Assembly: GCA_963667175.2 (NCBI GenBank)
Contig: CAXXXF010000007.1
Coordinates: 96,001 to 160,000 of the forward strand
Reading direction: 5' to 3'
Length of the DNA stretch: 64,000 nt
Origin: Candidatus Latescibacterota bacterium
Lineage (GTDB): Bacteria > Latescibacterota > UBA2968 > GCA-2709665
How positions within the stretch are numbered: the first letter of the stretch is position 1; each line of letters begins with the position of its first letter. Of the stretch, positions 10,280-20,348 are shown piece after piece. Both the position numbers and the translations under genes were made by a program. Under the pieces are notes generated by a model. It was not told where the DNA came from and ran no database searches. It saw nothing but the letters and a program-made list of their open reading frames with translations.

Positions 10280-10308
10280 TTGACAGGACTCCGGACCTTT
10301 TGTACTTT
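10280..10308 (+). promoter_or_regulatory. sigma70-type promoter
   Basis: TTGACA-17 nt-TACTTT. Confidence 0.65.
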
Positions 10309-10481
10309 AGCGGCATGACGCGAAATCAGGGCTCCTATACCGGTCCGCTCTTCCTTCAGTCTGACAGGAATCAGGATCCAGGGAGTCCGTTACCGGCGCA
10401 CCAAGCGGCTCCGCTCCAGGCAGTATGCGATAATCCGGATTTCATGCTGAACTGGAATGATCGATTCAGGAAGGGAAGGAA

Positions 10482-11321
10482 ATGAACCGGTTTAAATTCG
10501 GTATTCTGGAAGACGTTCTTCAGTCGGACTGGGTGGATGTGTTTCCGAAAGCGAAAGCGCTCGGCTACGACGGCGTCGAACTGGGCATTCGGGGCAACAC
10601 CTATCGCGCGTCAGACCTCTGGATGGAGGAGGGTATCGAAGCCCTGGGGCAGCGCGCCGAATCCGCGGGCATACCCATATTCTCCCTCTGCCTGCACACG
10701 TTCTGGCAGTATTCCTTTGCAGACCCGGACGTCGCGAACCGCTTTATGGCCAAACAGATTGCGTTTCACGCCATTCATGCATGCAAGGCACTGGGCATCG
10801 GCGCCATACTCATCCCCGTCACCAATCCGCTGGCATTGCCCGCTGACGAAGCCGCTCATCGCTGGGCGTACGAGAGCAGGGCCGTTGCCGCGCAAGCGGC
10901 CGGAATGGGCATTAGCATCGGCCTGGAAAACGTGGGGCGCAGCCACGTCGTTACCGGTGAACAGATGCGGGAACTGATCGAGGCGGTGGACAATCCGTTC
11001 GTAGGGGCCTACTTCGACGTCGGCAACGCGCAGATGCTCGGCAGCGACTCGGTCGCCGATATCCACTGCCTGGGCGACCGGATCGTACAGGTCCACGTCA
11101 AAGACCCGCGAAAGGACCGGACGCCCTGTTACGTCGGCGAAGGCGACGTCGACCTGAAGGGTTGCCTGAAAGCGCTGGCCGAGGTGGAGTACCGCGGCCC
11201 GCTCGTCTTTGAAACGCCGCCGTTGGAAGACGCGGTATCCACCGCGGAACGCAACTTGAGAACCCTGAAATCCCTGGTCGAATCGGCGGGCTCGGAATCC
11301 GACGGGAACGCGAATTCTTAG
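10482..11321 (+). CDS. Sugar phosphate isomerase/epimerase (L-ribulose-5-phosphate 3-epimerase-like)
   Basis: GYDGVEL, GLENV, YFDVGN, VHVKD, LVFET. Confidence 0.87.
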   Translation: MNRFKFGILEDVLQSDWVDVFPKAKALGYDGVELGIRGNTYRASDLWMEEGIEALGQRAESAGIPIFSLCLHTFWQYSFADPDVANRFMAKQIAFHAIHACKALGIGAILIPVTNPLALPADEAAHRWAYESRAVAAQAAGMGISIGLENVGRSHVVTGEQMRELIEAVDNPFVGAYFDVGNAQMLGSDSVADIHCLGDRIVQVHVKDPRKDRTPCYVGEGDVDLKGCLKALAEVEYRGPLVFETPPLEDAVSTAERNLRTLKSLVESAGSESDGNANS

Positions 11322-11361
11322 ACGGGCGCGTGAAAACGGCGCGTTCCAATGCATGCGTACG

Positions 11362-11400
11362 AAAAAATCCCGCGACAGCGTCGCCGTTCGCGGGATTTCT
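11362..11400. terminator. Bidirectional intrinsic terminator between convergent genes
   Basis: AAATCCCGCGA...TCGCGGGATTT stem with an A-run on the left and a T-rich tail on the right. Confidence 0.7.
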
Positions 11401-11417
11401 CTATTCTTGCCGCGGTA

Positions 11418-12191
11418 CTACATTGACTGATTCCGTTTCCTGAACGCGTATGCCAATCCATGCAACACGAGATCGGGTGCGGAATCGTGCGACGATTTCA
11501 GGTAAGGCGAAAGGAACGTCGCGTCGCCGCCGGTGAGGAGGACACGTGGCGCCGGGTCCGCAGCGGCAATCAGTTCTTCGACCACACGGTCCACGGCGCC
11601 GGCCGCTCCGAATACCACCCCCGCCCGTATGCATTCCCGCGTATCCCGCCCCAGCGCCGATGGCGGCGCTTCGAGCTTCACCTCCGGCAGCAAACTGGTC
11701 CCGGATGCAAGCGCATTCGCCATGGCCCTCAGGCCCGGCGCGATCGTGCCGCCCTGGAAGCACCCTCCGACTGAGACCAGGTCGACTGTAAGAGCGGTTC
11801 CGGCATCGACCACAATGACGGAATTGCCGACCAGCCTGAACGCCGCCCCGGCCGCCAGGAGCCGGTCGACGCCCACGTCCTCGGGCCGGGGTACCGCGAT
11901 ATCGATGCCGAAATCGGTTCCGGAGTCGGCCACGATCAGATCACGCCCCGTCGACGACAGGACCGCCCGGCTCATCACGCGTGTCATGCCCCGAACCACC
12001 GACGACGCGATCGCCCCGTCCAGCGCCCGGATTTCGATGCCCGCCCGTTCAAATTCGGCGTCGAGGCGTGACGTGTAGTCCGCACTGCGGCGCCCGGGAT
12101 CCGTATCCATGAACCAGCGAGTCCGCATGCCGCTGCCGTCGAATACGGCGCAGCCGATACTGGAATTCCCGATGTCTAACGCGAGAAACAC
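11418..12191 (-). CDS. coaX: Type III pantothenate kinase
   Basis: LDIGNS, GVDR, VVDAGTALTVD, GGTIAPG, LTGGDA; follows birA. Confidence 0.93.
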   Translation of the reverse strand: MFLALDIGNSSIGCAVFDGSGMRTRWFMDTDPGRRSADYTSRLDAEFERAGIEIRALDGAIASSVVRGMTRVMSRAVLSSTGRDLIVADSGTDFGIDIAVPRPEDVGVDRLLAAGAAFRLVGNSVIVVDAGTALTVDLVSVGGCFQGGTIAPGLRAMANALASGTSLLPEVKLEAPPSALGRDTRECIRAGVVFGAAGAVDRVVEELIAAADPAPRVLLTGGDATFLSPYLKSSHDSAPDLVLHGLAYAFRKRNQSM

Positions 12192-12264
12192 TCGAAACCC
12201 CGGTATTGGGCATCCGGCCCGGAAGCCATGCGCTTACAGGCGGGAATTCACCTGCCGTGTCTGG

Positions 12265-13299
12265 CTAACCCGTTGCTTCGCCGCCCACGTCGCCCATCGT
12301 GACCCTCGTGGTCCCGCCATCGACGCCACCTACCAGCAGAGCGCCGTCGGCGCCCACGTCCTCCGCCACGCCGCTGACCGGCCCCGCGGCCGTCATCACG
12401 CGAACCGGCCTGCCCAGCATCCGGGCTTTGCGTTTCCACGAGGCCCTGATCCTCTCGGCGTCGAGGCCGTTATATGTCTGCTCCAGCGCCAGGAAGATTT
12501 CCGCCAGGAGTCTCGTCCGACCGTGTACCCGGCCCGTGCCGCACCGAAGTGACGTCGCGGTATCCTGCAGACCGGCGGGAAAATCCGACGCTTCGTGGTT
12601 GACATTGATGCCGACCCCGAGAACGGCGAAACGCAGTCCTCCGACGCCGACCCTCGCCTCCGTAAGGATGCCCGCCAGCTTGCGGCCGTTCAGGTAAAGG
12701 TCGTTCGGCCAGCGGACCTCTGGGCATGCGCCGGTGGAAGCCTCGACGGCGGCGCCAATCCCGGCGGCGGCGCCAAGCGTAAGCATCCAGGCGCGTGAAA
12801 TTTCCAGATCGTAACGGAGAATGAGTGAGAACCAGAGTCCCACCCCGGGCGGCGAAAACCACGCTCTGCCGAGTCTCCCGCGTCCGGCGGTCTGATGTTC
12901 CGCGACAACCGCCGTGCCGTGCCGTGCGCCGGCGAGAGCGGCCCGCGTGGCGAGCGCATTCGTGGATTCCAACTCCAGGAAGCAAACAGGAGAACGACCC
13001 ATCGCACGTGTCCTCAGGCGTCGGAGAAGGTCGGACCGGACGATGACGTCCGCGTCCGTGTCCAGGCGAAACCCTGCATCCGGTCGATCCGATACCGAAT
13101 ACCCGAGGCGCCGGATCGCGTCGATGGCGACGCGGATATCGTCGGGCTTGCAAGACAGCCTTTCGGCCAGACTTTCGACCGGCGCCCGCCGGGCCCGTTG
13201 TCCGTCAAGCGCTTCGAGTACGCGATAGGCAACGGTGGTCGCGACACCCCCGTTGCACGGGGATGTTCCCGCGGAAGAATCAGGACGTTTTTCGATCAT
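12265..13299 (-). CDS. birA: Biotin--[acetyl-CoA carboxylase] ligase with N-terminal HTH
   Basis: STN, QTAGRGRLGRAW, WPND, KLAGIL. Confidence 0.93.
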   Translation of the reverse strand: MIEKRPDSSAGTSPCNGGVATTVAYRVLEALDGQRARRAPVESLAERLSCKPDDIRVAIDAIRRLGYSVSDRPDAGFRLDTDADVIVRSDLLRRLRTRAMGRSPVCFLELESTNALATRAALAGARHGTAVVAEHQTAGRGRLGRAWFSPPGVGLWFSLILRYDLEISRAWMLTLGAAAGIGAAVEASTGACPEVRWPNDLYLNGRKLAGILTEARVGVGGLRFAVLGVGINVNHEASDFPAGLQDTATSLRCGTGRVHGRTRLLAEIFLALEQTYNGLDAERIRASWKRKARMLGRPVRVMTAAGPVSGVAEDVGADGALLVGGVDGGTTRVTMGDVGGEATG

Positions 13300-14159
13300 T
13301 GGAACAGCAGGCTCATATCCATTGAAGGCGCCGAATGCGTCAACGCGCCCACCGAGATCAGGTCAACGCCGGTCTCAGCCAGGGTTCGAACGGTTTCGAG
13401 TGTGACGTTGCCGGATGCTTCAAGAAGGGGGCCATCCGGCCCGAAGGCCTTCGCAGTTGCCACCGCGTGGCGAGTGGTGTCCAGATCCATATTGTCCAGC
13501 AACACCCGGTCCACGCCCGAAGCCAGCGCGTCGTCCAGTTCGCGAAGCGTTTTCACCTCCACTTCGATCATCACCGTCCTCCCGGACCGGGCCATCGCCG
13601 ACCTCACCGCGGCCACCGCCGGCCCGATGCCGTCCGCCGCCTCAATATGGTTTTCCTTGAGAAGCACCATATCGTGGAGTCCCAGCCGGTGGTTCGATCC
13701 ACCCCCCGCGACCACCGCGTACTTGTCCAGCATCCGAAGTCCGGGGGCCGTTTTCCGGGTATCCAGAATCCGCACGCCGGTCCCGCTGACGGCGGACACG
13801 TAGGCTGCCGTCGCCGTTGCGATTCCGCACATCCGCTGCAGAAAATTCAGCGCCGTCCGTTCGGCCGTGAGAATGCCCCGGGCGGGGCCCTCGACGTCCG
13901 CCACGACGTCCCCGCTGTCAACGCGCGCGCCGTCCTCGATCCGCGGCGCGAACCGGATTCGTGAATCGACCCGCTGAAATACCCGCTCCGCCACAGCCAG
14001 GCCCGCGACCACGCCCGCCGACCTCGCAATCAGCAATGCCCGCGCCTGAACCGCCTCGCGCACCGTCCATGCGGTCGAAATGTCGCCGCTGCCGACGTCT
14101 TCCCGGATCGCCGCGTCCACGACACGGTCGATGCCGTCCCATTCCGTCAGGTTCGCCAT
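13296..14159 (-). CDS. nadC: Quinolinate phosphoribosyltransferase
   Basis: AERTALNFLQ, DTRKTAPG, HRLGL, LLDNM, EASGN, SVGALTHS. Confidence 0.96.
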   Translation of the reverse strand: MANLTEWDGIDRVVDAAIREDVGSGDISTAWTVREAVQARALLIARSAGVVAGLAVAERVFQRVDSRIRFAPRIEDGARVDSGDVVADVEGPARGILTAERTALNFLQRMCGIATATAAYVSAVSGTGVRILDTRKTAPGLRMLDKYAVVAGGGSNHRLGLHDMVLLKENHIEAADGIGPAVAAVRSAMARSGRTVMIEVEVKTLRELDDALASGVDRVLLDNMDLDTTRHAVATAKAFGPDGPLLEASGNVTLETVRTLAETGVDLISVGALTHSAPSMDMSLLFQ

Positions 14160-14163
14160 GCCA

Positions 14164-16179
14164 TCAAGCCTGTGCGGCGCCGTCCGAGACTCCTTTCAAG
14201 CCGGCTTTCAGCCTGGAAATCTCGTCCCGGTATTCCGCCGCCCGTTCGAATGCCAGTTCCGCGGCGGCCCTGGCCATCTTTTCTTCGAGATCGGAGATGA
14301 CGTCGACCAGATTGGCGCCGGCCTCGTACCCGGACGTCTCTTCCGCCGCAAGCGGCGCCTCCTCCTGCCTGGCGTCGGCGACCGCCGTGGCCTGCAGGAT
14401 CTCGTCCCTGCTCTTGTAGACCGTCTGCGGCGCGACCCCGTGCCGCTCGTTGTACGCCTGTTGCACCTGACGCCTGCGGTTGGTTTCCTCGATCGCCCGC
14501 CTCATGGAATCCGTAATTTCGTCCGCGTATAAGACGACCTTGCCGGCCAGGTTTCTGGCCGCCCGGCCCGCCGTCTGAATCAGGGAACGCGTCGAGCGCA
14601 GGAAGCCTTCTTTATCCGCATCCAAAATCGCGACCAGGGACACCTCCGGCAGATCCAGCCCCTCCCGCAGCAGATTCACGCCCACCAGAACGTCGAATTC
14701 ACCCAGCCGCAATCCTCGCACGATCTCAACGCGCTCCAGTGAGTCGATTTCCGAATGCATGTAGCGGGCGCGGATCCCAAGGTCACGCATGTATTCGGCC
14801 AGGTCCTCCGACATTCTCTTGGTCAGCGCGGTTACGAGCACCCGTTCCTTCCGGCCGACCCGCTCCCGGACCTCGTCGATCAGATCGTCCACCTGCCCGC
14901 GGACCGGACGCACCAGCATCTCGGGGTCCAGAACGCCGGTAGGCCTTATGATCTGCTCGACGACAATGCCCTCCGACCTTTCCAGTTCGTAGTCCGCGGG
15001 CGTGGCGGACATAAAGATCGCCGTCTGCATCTTGCCTTCGAATTCCTCGAAATAGAGCGGGCGGTTATCCAGCGCGGCAGGCAGCCTGAATCCGTGTTCG
15101 ACCAGCGTCGTCTTTCGCGATCGATCGGCGTTCCACATCCCCCGGACCTGCGGCAGCGTCACATGCGACTCGTCGATCACAATCAGAAATTCCTCAGGAA
15201 AATAATCAAGCAGCACGTGAGGCGGTTGACCGGGTTCCCGCCCGTCGATATATCTCGAATAATTCTCGATTCCGGCGCAGTAGCCGATCTCTCGCATCAT
15301 CTCGATATCGTACCGGGTGCGCGTCTCCAGCCGCTGGGCTTCCAGCAGTTTTCCCTGGTTCTTGAATGCTTCCAGTTGCGCGGCCATGTCAACCTCGATC
15401 TGCACGATCGCCCGTTCGATCCGCTCGCCGCTGGTCACGAAGTGCCGCGCCGGGTAAATCGCCGCCCGTTCTTGCGTCTCCAGCACCTCGCCGGTCACCG
15501 GCTGCACCAGACTGATCGCATCCACGTCGTCTCCGAAAAACTCGACGCGCACCGGATCGTCCCGTTCGGGCCGATAGATCTCGACCACGTCCCCGCGCAC
15601 CCTGAAGGCGCCCGGGCCGAAGTCCACGTCGTTCCGCGTATAGTGAATATCCACCAGCCGGCGAAGCAGTTCGTCCCGGTCCAGCCTGTCGCCCCGGTCG
15701 ATCATGACGTGCATACCCTCGTATTCTTCGGGATTGCCGATGCCGTAGATACAGGATACGCTGGCCACGATAATCACGTCCTGTCGTTCCATCAACGCGC
15801 TTGTCGCACGCAGGCGAAGCCGGTTGATCTCGTCGTTGATATCCGATTCCTTTTCGATGAACGTATCGGTGACCGGCTTATATGCCTCCGGCTGATAATA
15901 GTCGTAATAGGAAATGAAATATTCCACGGCATTGTCGGGAAAGAACGTCTTGAATTCGCCGTAGAGCTGAGCTGCCAGCGTTTTGTTGTGCGAGATCACC
16001 AGGGTCGGCATCTGAACCGCCTCGATAACCTTCGAAATCGTAAAGGTCTTGCCGGTGCCGGTCGCCCCCATGAGCGTCTGAAAACGGTCGCCTCTCCGGA
16101 CACCCTCGCCCAATTCGTCGATGGCCTCCGGCTGGTCGCCCGCCGGTTCAAACGGCGCCTGAACCCGGAATCTCGTCAT
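14164..16179 (-). CDS. uvrB: Excinuclease ABC subunit B
   Basis: [40 protein letters not shown]-terminal UVR domain. True start MTRFRV at 16179. Confidence 0.97.
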   Translation of the reverse strand: MTRFRVQAPFEPAGDQPEAIDELGEGVRRGDRFQTLMGATGTGKTFTISKVIEAVQMPTLVISHNKTLAAQLYGEFKTFFPDNAVEYFISYYDYYQPEAYKPVTDTFIEKESDINDEINRLRLRATSALMERQDVIIVASVSCIYGIGNPEEYEGMHVMIDRGDRLDRDELLRRLVDIHYTRNDVDFGPGAFRVRGDVVEIYRPERDDPVRVEFFGDDVDAISLVQPVTGEVLETQERAAIYPARHFVTSGERIERAIVQIEVDMAAQLEAFKNQGKLLEAQRLETRTRYDIEMMREIGYCAGIENYSRYIDGREPGQPPHVLLDYFPEEFLIVIDESHVTLPQVRGMWNADRSRKTTLVEHGFRLPAALDNRPLYFEEFEGKMQTAIFMSATPADYELERSEGIVVEQIIRPTGVLDPEMLVRPVRGQVDDLIDEVRERVGRKERVLVTALTKRMSEDLAEYMRDLGIRARYMHSEIDSLERVEIVRGLRLGEFDVLVGVNLLREGLDLPEVSLVAILDADKEGFLRSTRSLIQTAGRAARNLAGKVVLYADEITDSMRRAIEETNRRRQVQQAYNERHGVAPQTVYKSRDEILQATAVADARQEEAPLAAEETSGYEAGANLVDVISDLEEKMARAAAELAFERAAEYRDEISRLKAGLKGVSDGAAQA

Positions 16180-16232
16180 CGTCGTCCTCGTGATCGTCTT
16201 ACCGCCGAAGAACAGTGACCAAATGTATAGAT

Positions 16233-16261
16233 AATTTAGACATGGAACGATGCAAAAGCAA
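16233..16261 (-). promoter_or_regulatory. sigma70-type promoter of uvrB
   Basis: Minus strand TTGCTT-17 nt-TAAATT. Confidence 0.55.
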
Positions 16262-16397
16262 GAACTATGCGCAGCTTGCCGGTCCGTCGACGAGGTCGGA
16301 ATCTGACCGCCTGCACGCGGCGGTCTGACCCGCGGCGGATGGTCAACTCCGGCATCGGCCACGAAAAAACGGATTTTGCCGATTAATGTGCTTTTTT

Positions 16398-16414
16398 TTG
16401 GCGTGCAATCTGCT
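16398..16414 (+). promoter_or_regulatory. sigma54 -24/-12 promoter
   Basis: TTGGCGTGCAATCTGCT (GG-N10-GC) in an AT-rich patch, followed by TAAA like the box at 46333. Confidence 0.55.
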
Positions 16415-16425
16415 TAAATTTCATT

Positions 16426-16565
16426 GTAGAAAGGCGCGACCAAACCTCCTCGGGCAGCCCTGGCGGGTGAGCTCCGAGGAAGCCAACTCTACCAGATTCC
16501 GGCACCCAACGCATTCTGGTTCGCCTGGGCGACCTTCTGGCAGGATACCGGAGTCTACTCGCCCT
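16426..16565. ncRNA. Candidate structured non-coding RNA (two long hairpins), family not recognised
   Basis: TCCTCGG/CCGAGGA, AGATTCCGG/CCGGAGTCT and TCGCC/GGCGA stems; no credible ORF. Confidence 0.4.
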
Positions 16566-16687
16566 GACCATCGATTACCGAACGCCCGGTGCGCCGGGGC
16601 CGGACGGATGTACAATGGGCCGTAACCGCGAGTCCGCTATCGATGAGGAAAGTCACGCTTCCGGGACCCGACCCGCGAGTCCGTACC

Positions 16688-17635
16688 ATGACCTCCGTGC
16701 GCCACAGGCCGCTCGCGGCCGCCCTTCTCGCAGTCTTCGCCTGTCATATTCCCGGCAATGTGATCGCGGGGGCCTGGACGCTGCCCGGGAATCACGTCTG
16801 GTGCAAGGTCGCCTTCCTGGGTCAGACCACCCACGAAGAATACGTGGGCGCCGCCGGATCGGGAAGAGGTCCGGATCTCGGAAGGGTGTACAGCGAAGGA
16901 AACCGCGCCAGGTATCGATTTGACGGCAGATACCGTTCCCGCGCCCTGTTCTTCGACCTGTTCTACGGTACGACGGACAGAGTGGACGTGGGAATACAGG
17001 TGCCCTTTTTCCGTCAGGAATATCAGGACGCCGCCCTCCTTACCGGCTTCGGCGAACCCCGGAGAGCAACCGGTTTCGGAGATATCCGCGGATTCCTGAA
17101 AGTCAAGCTGTTGAACCGGCCCGCCGTGGGCTCGTTCAAGGTGGGTTTCAAGGCGCCGACCGGCGAATTCGTAAACGAAGACGGGCTGATTCCCGTCGGG
17201 GAAGGACAGTGGGACTTCGACGCTGTCGTTCAATTGGGCCGGTCCTTCTGGCCGGTTCCGGCATACGTCAGTTCGGACGTCGGTTACCGGCTTCGCCGCA
17301 GGAACGGTGAAATCGACCGCGATCCCGGCGACGAATGGTTCTTCATGGCCGAAGGCGGCTACGCGGTGCGCCGGTTCGCGCTGATCGGAATCAAGATCCA
17401 TGGCATCCGGGGCAAGGCTGCTACCGTCTTTGGCGCGAGAATCCAGTCCGACGTCAAGAGAATTACTTATGTGTCTCCGCAAATTAACCTTGGGCCTTTT
17501 CGCGGGTTCAGCGTGGAAACTGCCGTAAACGTCTCCGTCGCCGGCAGGAACTATCCGGCCGGCTGGATGACGGTCCTCGGCCTTTCCTATACTGGAAAAC
17601 CATTTCCGCGGAACCACGGTACCGTCGCGAGATGA
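16688..17635 (+). CDS. Outer-membrane beta-barrel, putative transporter-family protein
   Basis: Signal peptide ending in AGAW, TGFGDIRG, GFKAPTG, PVGEGQWD, alternating beta-strands. Confidence 0.7.
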   Translation: MTSVRHRPLAAALLAVFACHIPGNVIAGAWTLPGNHVWCKVAFLGQTTHEEYVGAAGSGRGPDLGRVYSEGNRARYRFDGRYRSRALFFDLFYGTTDRVDVGIQVPFFRQEYQDAALLTGFGEPRRATGFGDIRGFLKVKLLNRPAVGSFKVGFKAPTGEFVNEDGLIPVGEGQWDFDAVVQLGRSFWPVPAYVSSDVGYRLRRRNGEIDRDPGDEWFFMAEGGYAVRRFALIGIKIHGIRGKAATVFGARIQSDVKRITYVSPQINLGPFRGFSVETAVNVSVAGRNYPAGWMTVLGLSYTGKPFPRNHGTVAR

Positions 17636-17788
17636 ACGGTCCCGATCCGGTACGTGCCGGGCATCCGGAATTCGTACCCCTGCGCTTTCGACAGCGCACG
17701 GTAACGCGCGGGCCGACGGTGCAAACGGCCGCACGGGAGCGCGCGTCCGTTGTATCGCATCCGGATCCCGGAGAAAGTAGGGGATGAG

Positions 17789-18553
17789 ATGAAACTGTCG
17801 GAAGTTCAGGTGAACAGGTTCCGGGAAGAAGGGGTGCTGGTGGTCGAGGATCTGCTTGACGCCGATGAGGTTTCCGCTCTCCTCGCAAGGGCCGAATGGG
17901 TGGCGAGCGGTGGCGCGCGGCATGTTTCCAGGAAGCGTCTGCAGCTGGAACCCGAGGTGAACGCGGGAAGGGCGGCGGCGGACTCGTACGCGGACTCTCT
18001 GCGAAAGATGAGCCATCTCGCGTTCTGCGACAGCGTGTTCGAAGGCCATGCGCGCAACCCGAAGGTACTGGACGTGATCGAGTCCCTGCTCGGTCCGGAC
18101 CTGAAGCTCTATCAGGACCAGTGGTTCATGAAACCCCCGAGAATCGGCTCCAGGCAACCCTACCACCAGGACATGCCGCTCGGATTTCACATCGATCCGC
18201 CCGATATGGTCACCTGCTGGGCCGCGCTGAACGACGCAACCGTGGAAAACGGTTGCCTCTGGATGCTGCCGGGTACCCACCGGTTCGGAATCATTCCCAG
18301 GGAGAAATGGGCAAACTATGAACAGATGTCACTGGACGGCAGACTGCCGGAAGAACGGGCCATCGAGTTGAAAGCGGGCAGCTGCAGTTTTCATCATGGC
18401 CTGATTCTTCACTGCAGCAGGCCGAATCAGACCAACCTGCGCCGGCGGGGATATGCCACGCATTACGTCAGCGCACGGTGCCGATATACCGGCCCGGCAG
18501 AACAGAACGACGCCATGCTGGTCAGGGGCGCCTCCACGCCGGGTTGTATCTGA
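17789..18553 (+). CDS. Phytanoyl-CoA dioxygenase family (Fe/2-oxoglutarate)
   Basis: FMKPP, YHQD, ENGCLWMLPGTH, FHHGLILHCS..N. Confidence 0.92.
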   Translation: MKLSEVQVNRFREEGVLVVEDLLDADEVSALLARAEWVASGGARHVSRKRLQLEPEVNAGRAAADSYADSLRKMSHLAFCDSVFEGHARNPKVLDVIESLLGPDLKLYQDQWFMKPPRIGSRQPYHQDMPLGFHIDPPDMVTCWAALNDATVENGCLWMLPGTHRFGIIPREKWANYEQMSLDGRLPEERAIELKAGSCSFHHGLILHCSRPNQTNLRRRGYATHYVSARCRYTGPAEQNDAMLVRGASTPGCI

Positions 18554-18592
18554 GAAGCTGTTCGAATGCCTCATAACGAAAGGAGTCGCGCG

Positions 18593-19216
18593 ATGAGAAT
18601 TTCAGTTGTGTTTCTGACGGCCGGCCTGCTGGCCTGGGCGCACCCCGCGCACGCCGACATTTTTCCGGGAGAGGAATCCGAAGTTGAAGCGGGCGTGACC
18701 CTGAACCCCATTCGCGCCGGCCGCCTTGAGGTCATCCCGATTCTGTCGGTCGGTCTTTCCGACGGTTCGGTGGTCTACCAGGGCGGCGTGTCGATCGGGG
18801 TTGCGTTGAGCCGGCTGCACCAGGTCGGCGGCGCCTTCGTGGTCGGCAACCGGGCATATGATCGCCGGGGAGACAGAACGGACGTTCTCCAGACACCGCA
18901 GCCGCCCGTGCAGACCAGAGCCGGATATCCCGCGTCCGCCGAAGACGGATTCGGCTCCTCGCTGTCCGGCTTCTATCGGCTCAACGTTCCGCTGAGAGTG
19001 GACAGGCGCACCTGGCCCTTCCTGGAGGCATTCGCCGCCCGAGACTACTGGGGGTGGTCCGGCGTAAGCGAAGTCGGCGGTGGCGTCGGGTTCAGGCGCG
19101 CACTCTCCAACCGGACGGCCCTCACCACCCGATACTCGTACGTGGCGCTATTTGCCGAGGACGAGCGCTCTAACCGTCACGTTGCGTCGGTCGGCGTATC
19201 GATGTTCTTCAGGTAG
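18593..19216 (+). CDS. Small outer-membrane beta-barrel protein
   Basis: Signal peptide (AHA cleavage site), amphipathic strands, C-terminal VGVSMFF. Confidence 0.65.
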   Translation: MRISVVFLTAGLLAWAHPAHADIFPGEESEVEAGVTLNPIRAGRLEVIPILSVGLSDGSVVYQGGVSIGVALSRLHQVGGAFVVGNRAYDRRGDRTDVLQTPQPPVQTRAGYPASAEDGFGSSLSGFYRLNVPLRVDRRTWPFLEAFAARDYWGWSGVSEVGGGVGFRRALSNRTALTTRYSYVALFAEDERSNRHVASVGVSMFFR

Positions 19217-19258
19217 ACCCCGGCAGGACGAAAACCCCCGGTTTCTGTCCGTCCTTAG

Positions 19259-19467
19259 CAGTCCGTTGGAAAAGTTGCTCTGCAGGCGAGGCCGAGCCAC
19301 TGTGGCCGAAGACAAGGCGCGCCTGTCTGCGTGCGGACACGCACAGGCAGGCGACCGACGCGAATCCCTGGATTCGGGGAGGGAGCGCCTGCCTGCTGCA
19401 GGCAGGCAACGCCGTAGTTCGATCACAAGGGCCGGACGCAGCCCGGATGGACTTTATCAACGGGCTG
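19259..19467 (+). mobile_element. MITE copy 1
   Basis: Imperfect terminal inverted repeats CAGTCCGTTGGAAAAGT / ACTTTATCAACGGGCTG; homologous to the copies at 40259, 44562 and 49157; no transposase. Confidence 0.85.
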
Positions 19468-19496
19468 TTAAACGGGCGGAAGGCAATTGCGAGGGT

Positions 19497-20096
19497 TCAG
19501 ACGGCCGAATATATGGCGGCTACAACCCATACAACGACAAAGCCCACCCCGCAGCCCGCCGCAACCTGCCTCATCGAGTGCGCGCCAACAACAACGCGCG
19601 CCCAACAGACCGCCAGCGCCAGCGGCAACCAGTAGACGGACGAAGGTCCGAGCAAGAGATGCAGTATCGCCAGGGGGCCGCACACGCCCGCAGCGTGCAG
19701 GCTGATCTTCCATCGCACGGTCGTCCAGGCGGCAATCAGCCCCAGGAAGAAACAACCCAGCAGGAAACCGCGTATCAGCGGCGGCGCGCCCGACACCCAC
19801 ATTACGACAAAGCCCGCAAGGCAACTCGCGGAACTCACCAGCAGCGGCTTCCGCCGGCGGGACCGCACCGCAATATAGAATCCATCCACCTCCCTGCGCG
19901 CGACTAGAAGACCCACGTACAGCGTGGGCAGACAGGTCGCAAACAGCAGACCGGCGCCGAGCCAACCGACGCGTTGCATCGGTGGCGCCGGGAGCCGCCA
20001 GATCAGCATCGTCAACAGGCCGGCCGCTGCCAGCGGTGGACTGAATACCGCCGATAGCGTCCTTGCCGCAACCTGCCGGGGGTGAAGTCGTCGCAT
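19497..20096 (-). CDS. PAP2-like membrane protein
   Basis: Several TM helices, KISLH, WARVVVGAHSMRQV. Confidence 0.75.
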   Translation of the reverse strand: MRRLHPRQVAARTLSAVFSPPLAAAGLLTMLIWRLPAPPMQRVGWLGAGLLFATCLPTLYVGLLVARREVDGFYIAVRSRRRKPLLVSSASCLAGFVVMWVSGAPPLIRGFLLGCFFLGLIAAWTTVRWKISLHAAGVCGPLAILHLLLGPSSVYWLPLALAVCWARVVVGAHSMRQVAAGCGVGFVVVWVVAAIYSAV

Positions 20097-20218
20097 GGGT
20101 CCTTTGCGTGAATTCCGGTACTGCGTGCGCAACTACGGTAGAAACGGCGAGACAATATACGAATCGATCGCCTGGAATCCCTCCCTCTTCTGTTCAGGCC
20201 AGACCCGGGCATTGCAGC

Positions 20219-20247
20219 TTGACAAGGCTTACTGATTCATATATACT
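20219..20247 (+). promoter_or_regulatory. Near-consensus sigma70 promoter
   Basis: TTGACA-17 nt-TATACT. Confidence 0.8.
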
Positions 20248-20253
20248 GCTTTA

Positions 20254-20348
20254 GCGTCCTATTCCGGAAAGATGGTCGCCCGTCGGGCCATCGCTGTCCG
20301 TTACAGGACGTCGGGATGAACGACCGGCGTGTGAAAGTCGGTTTTTTT
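20254..20348 (+). ncRNA. Structured 5' leader or sRNA ending in an intrinsic terminator
   Basis: Three stems plus an ACCGGC/GTCGGT hairpin and T7, between the promoter and the ATG at 20401. Confidence 0.5.

Noticed and set aside
10311-10449. Long-range pairing CGGCATGA/TCATGCTG in the isomerase leader
   Set aside because: No terminator or recognisable aptamer; pairing of this length can be chance.
16426-16565. SRP RNA or 6S RNA upstream of uvrB
   Set aside because: No SRP helix-8 signature and no single long rod with a central bubble; kept only as an unassigned candidate.
16224-20250. A shared LexA/SOS box upstream of uvrB and the WYL gene (ssb also checked)
   Set aside because: Only loose AT-rich pseudo-palindromes; no common motif found by eye.
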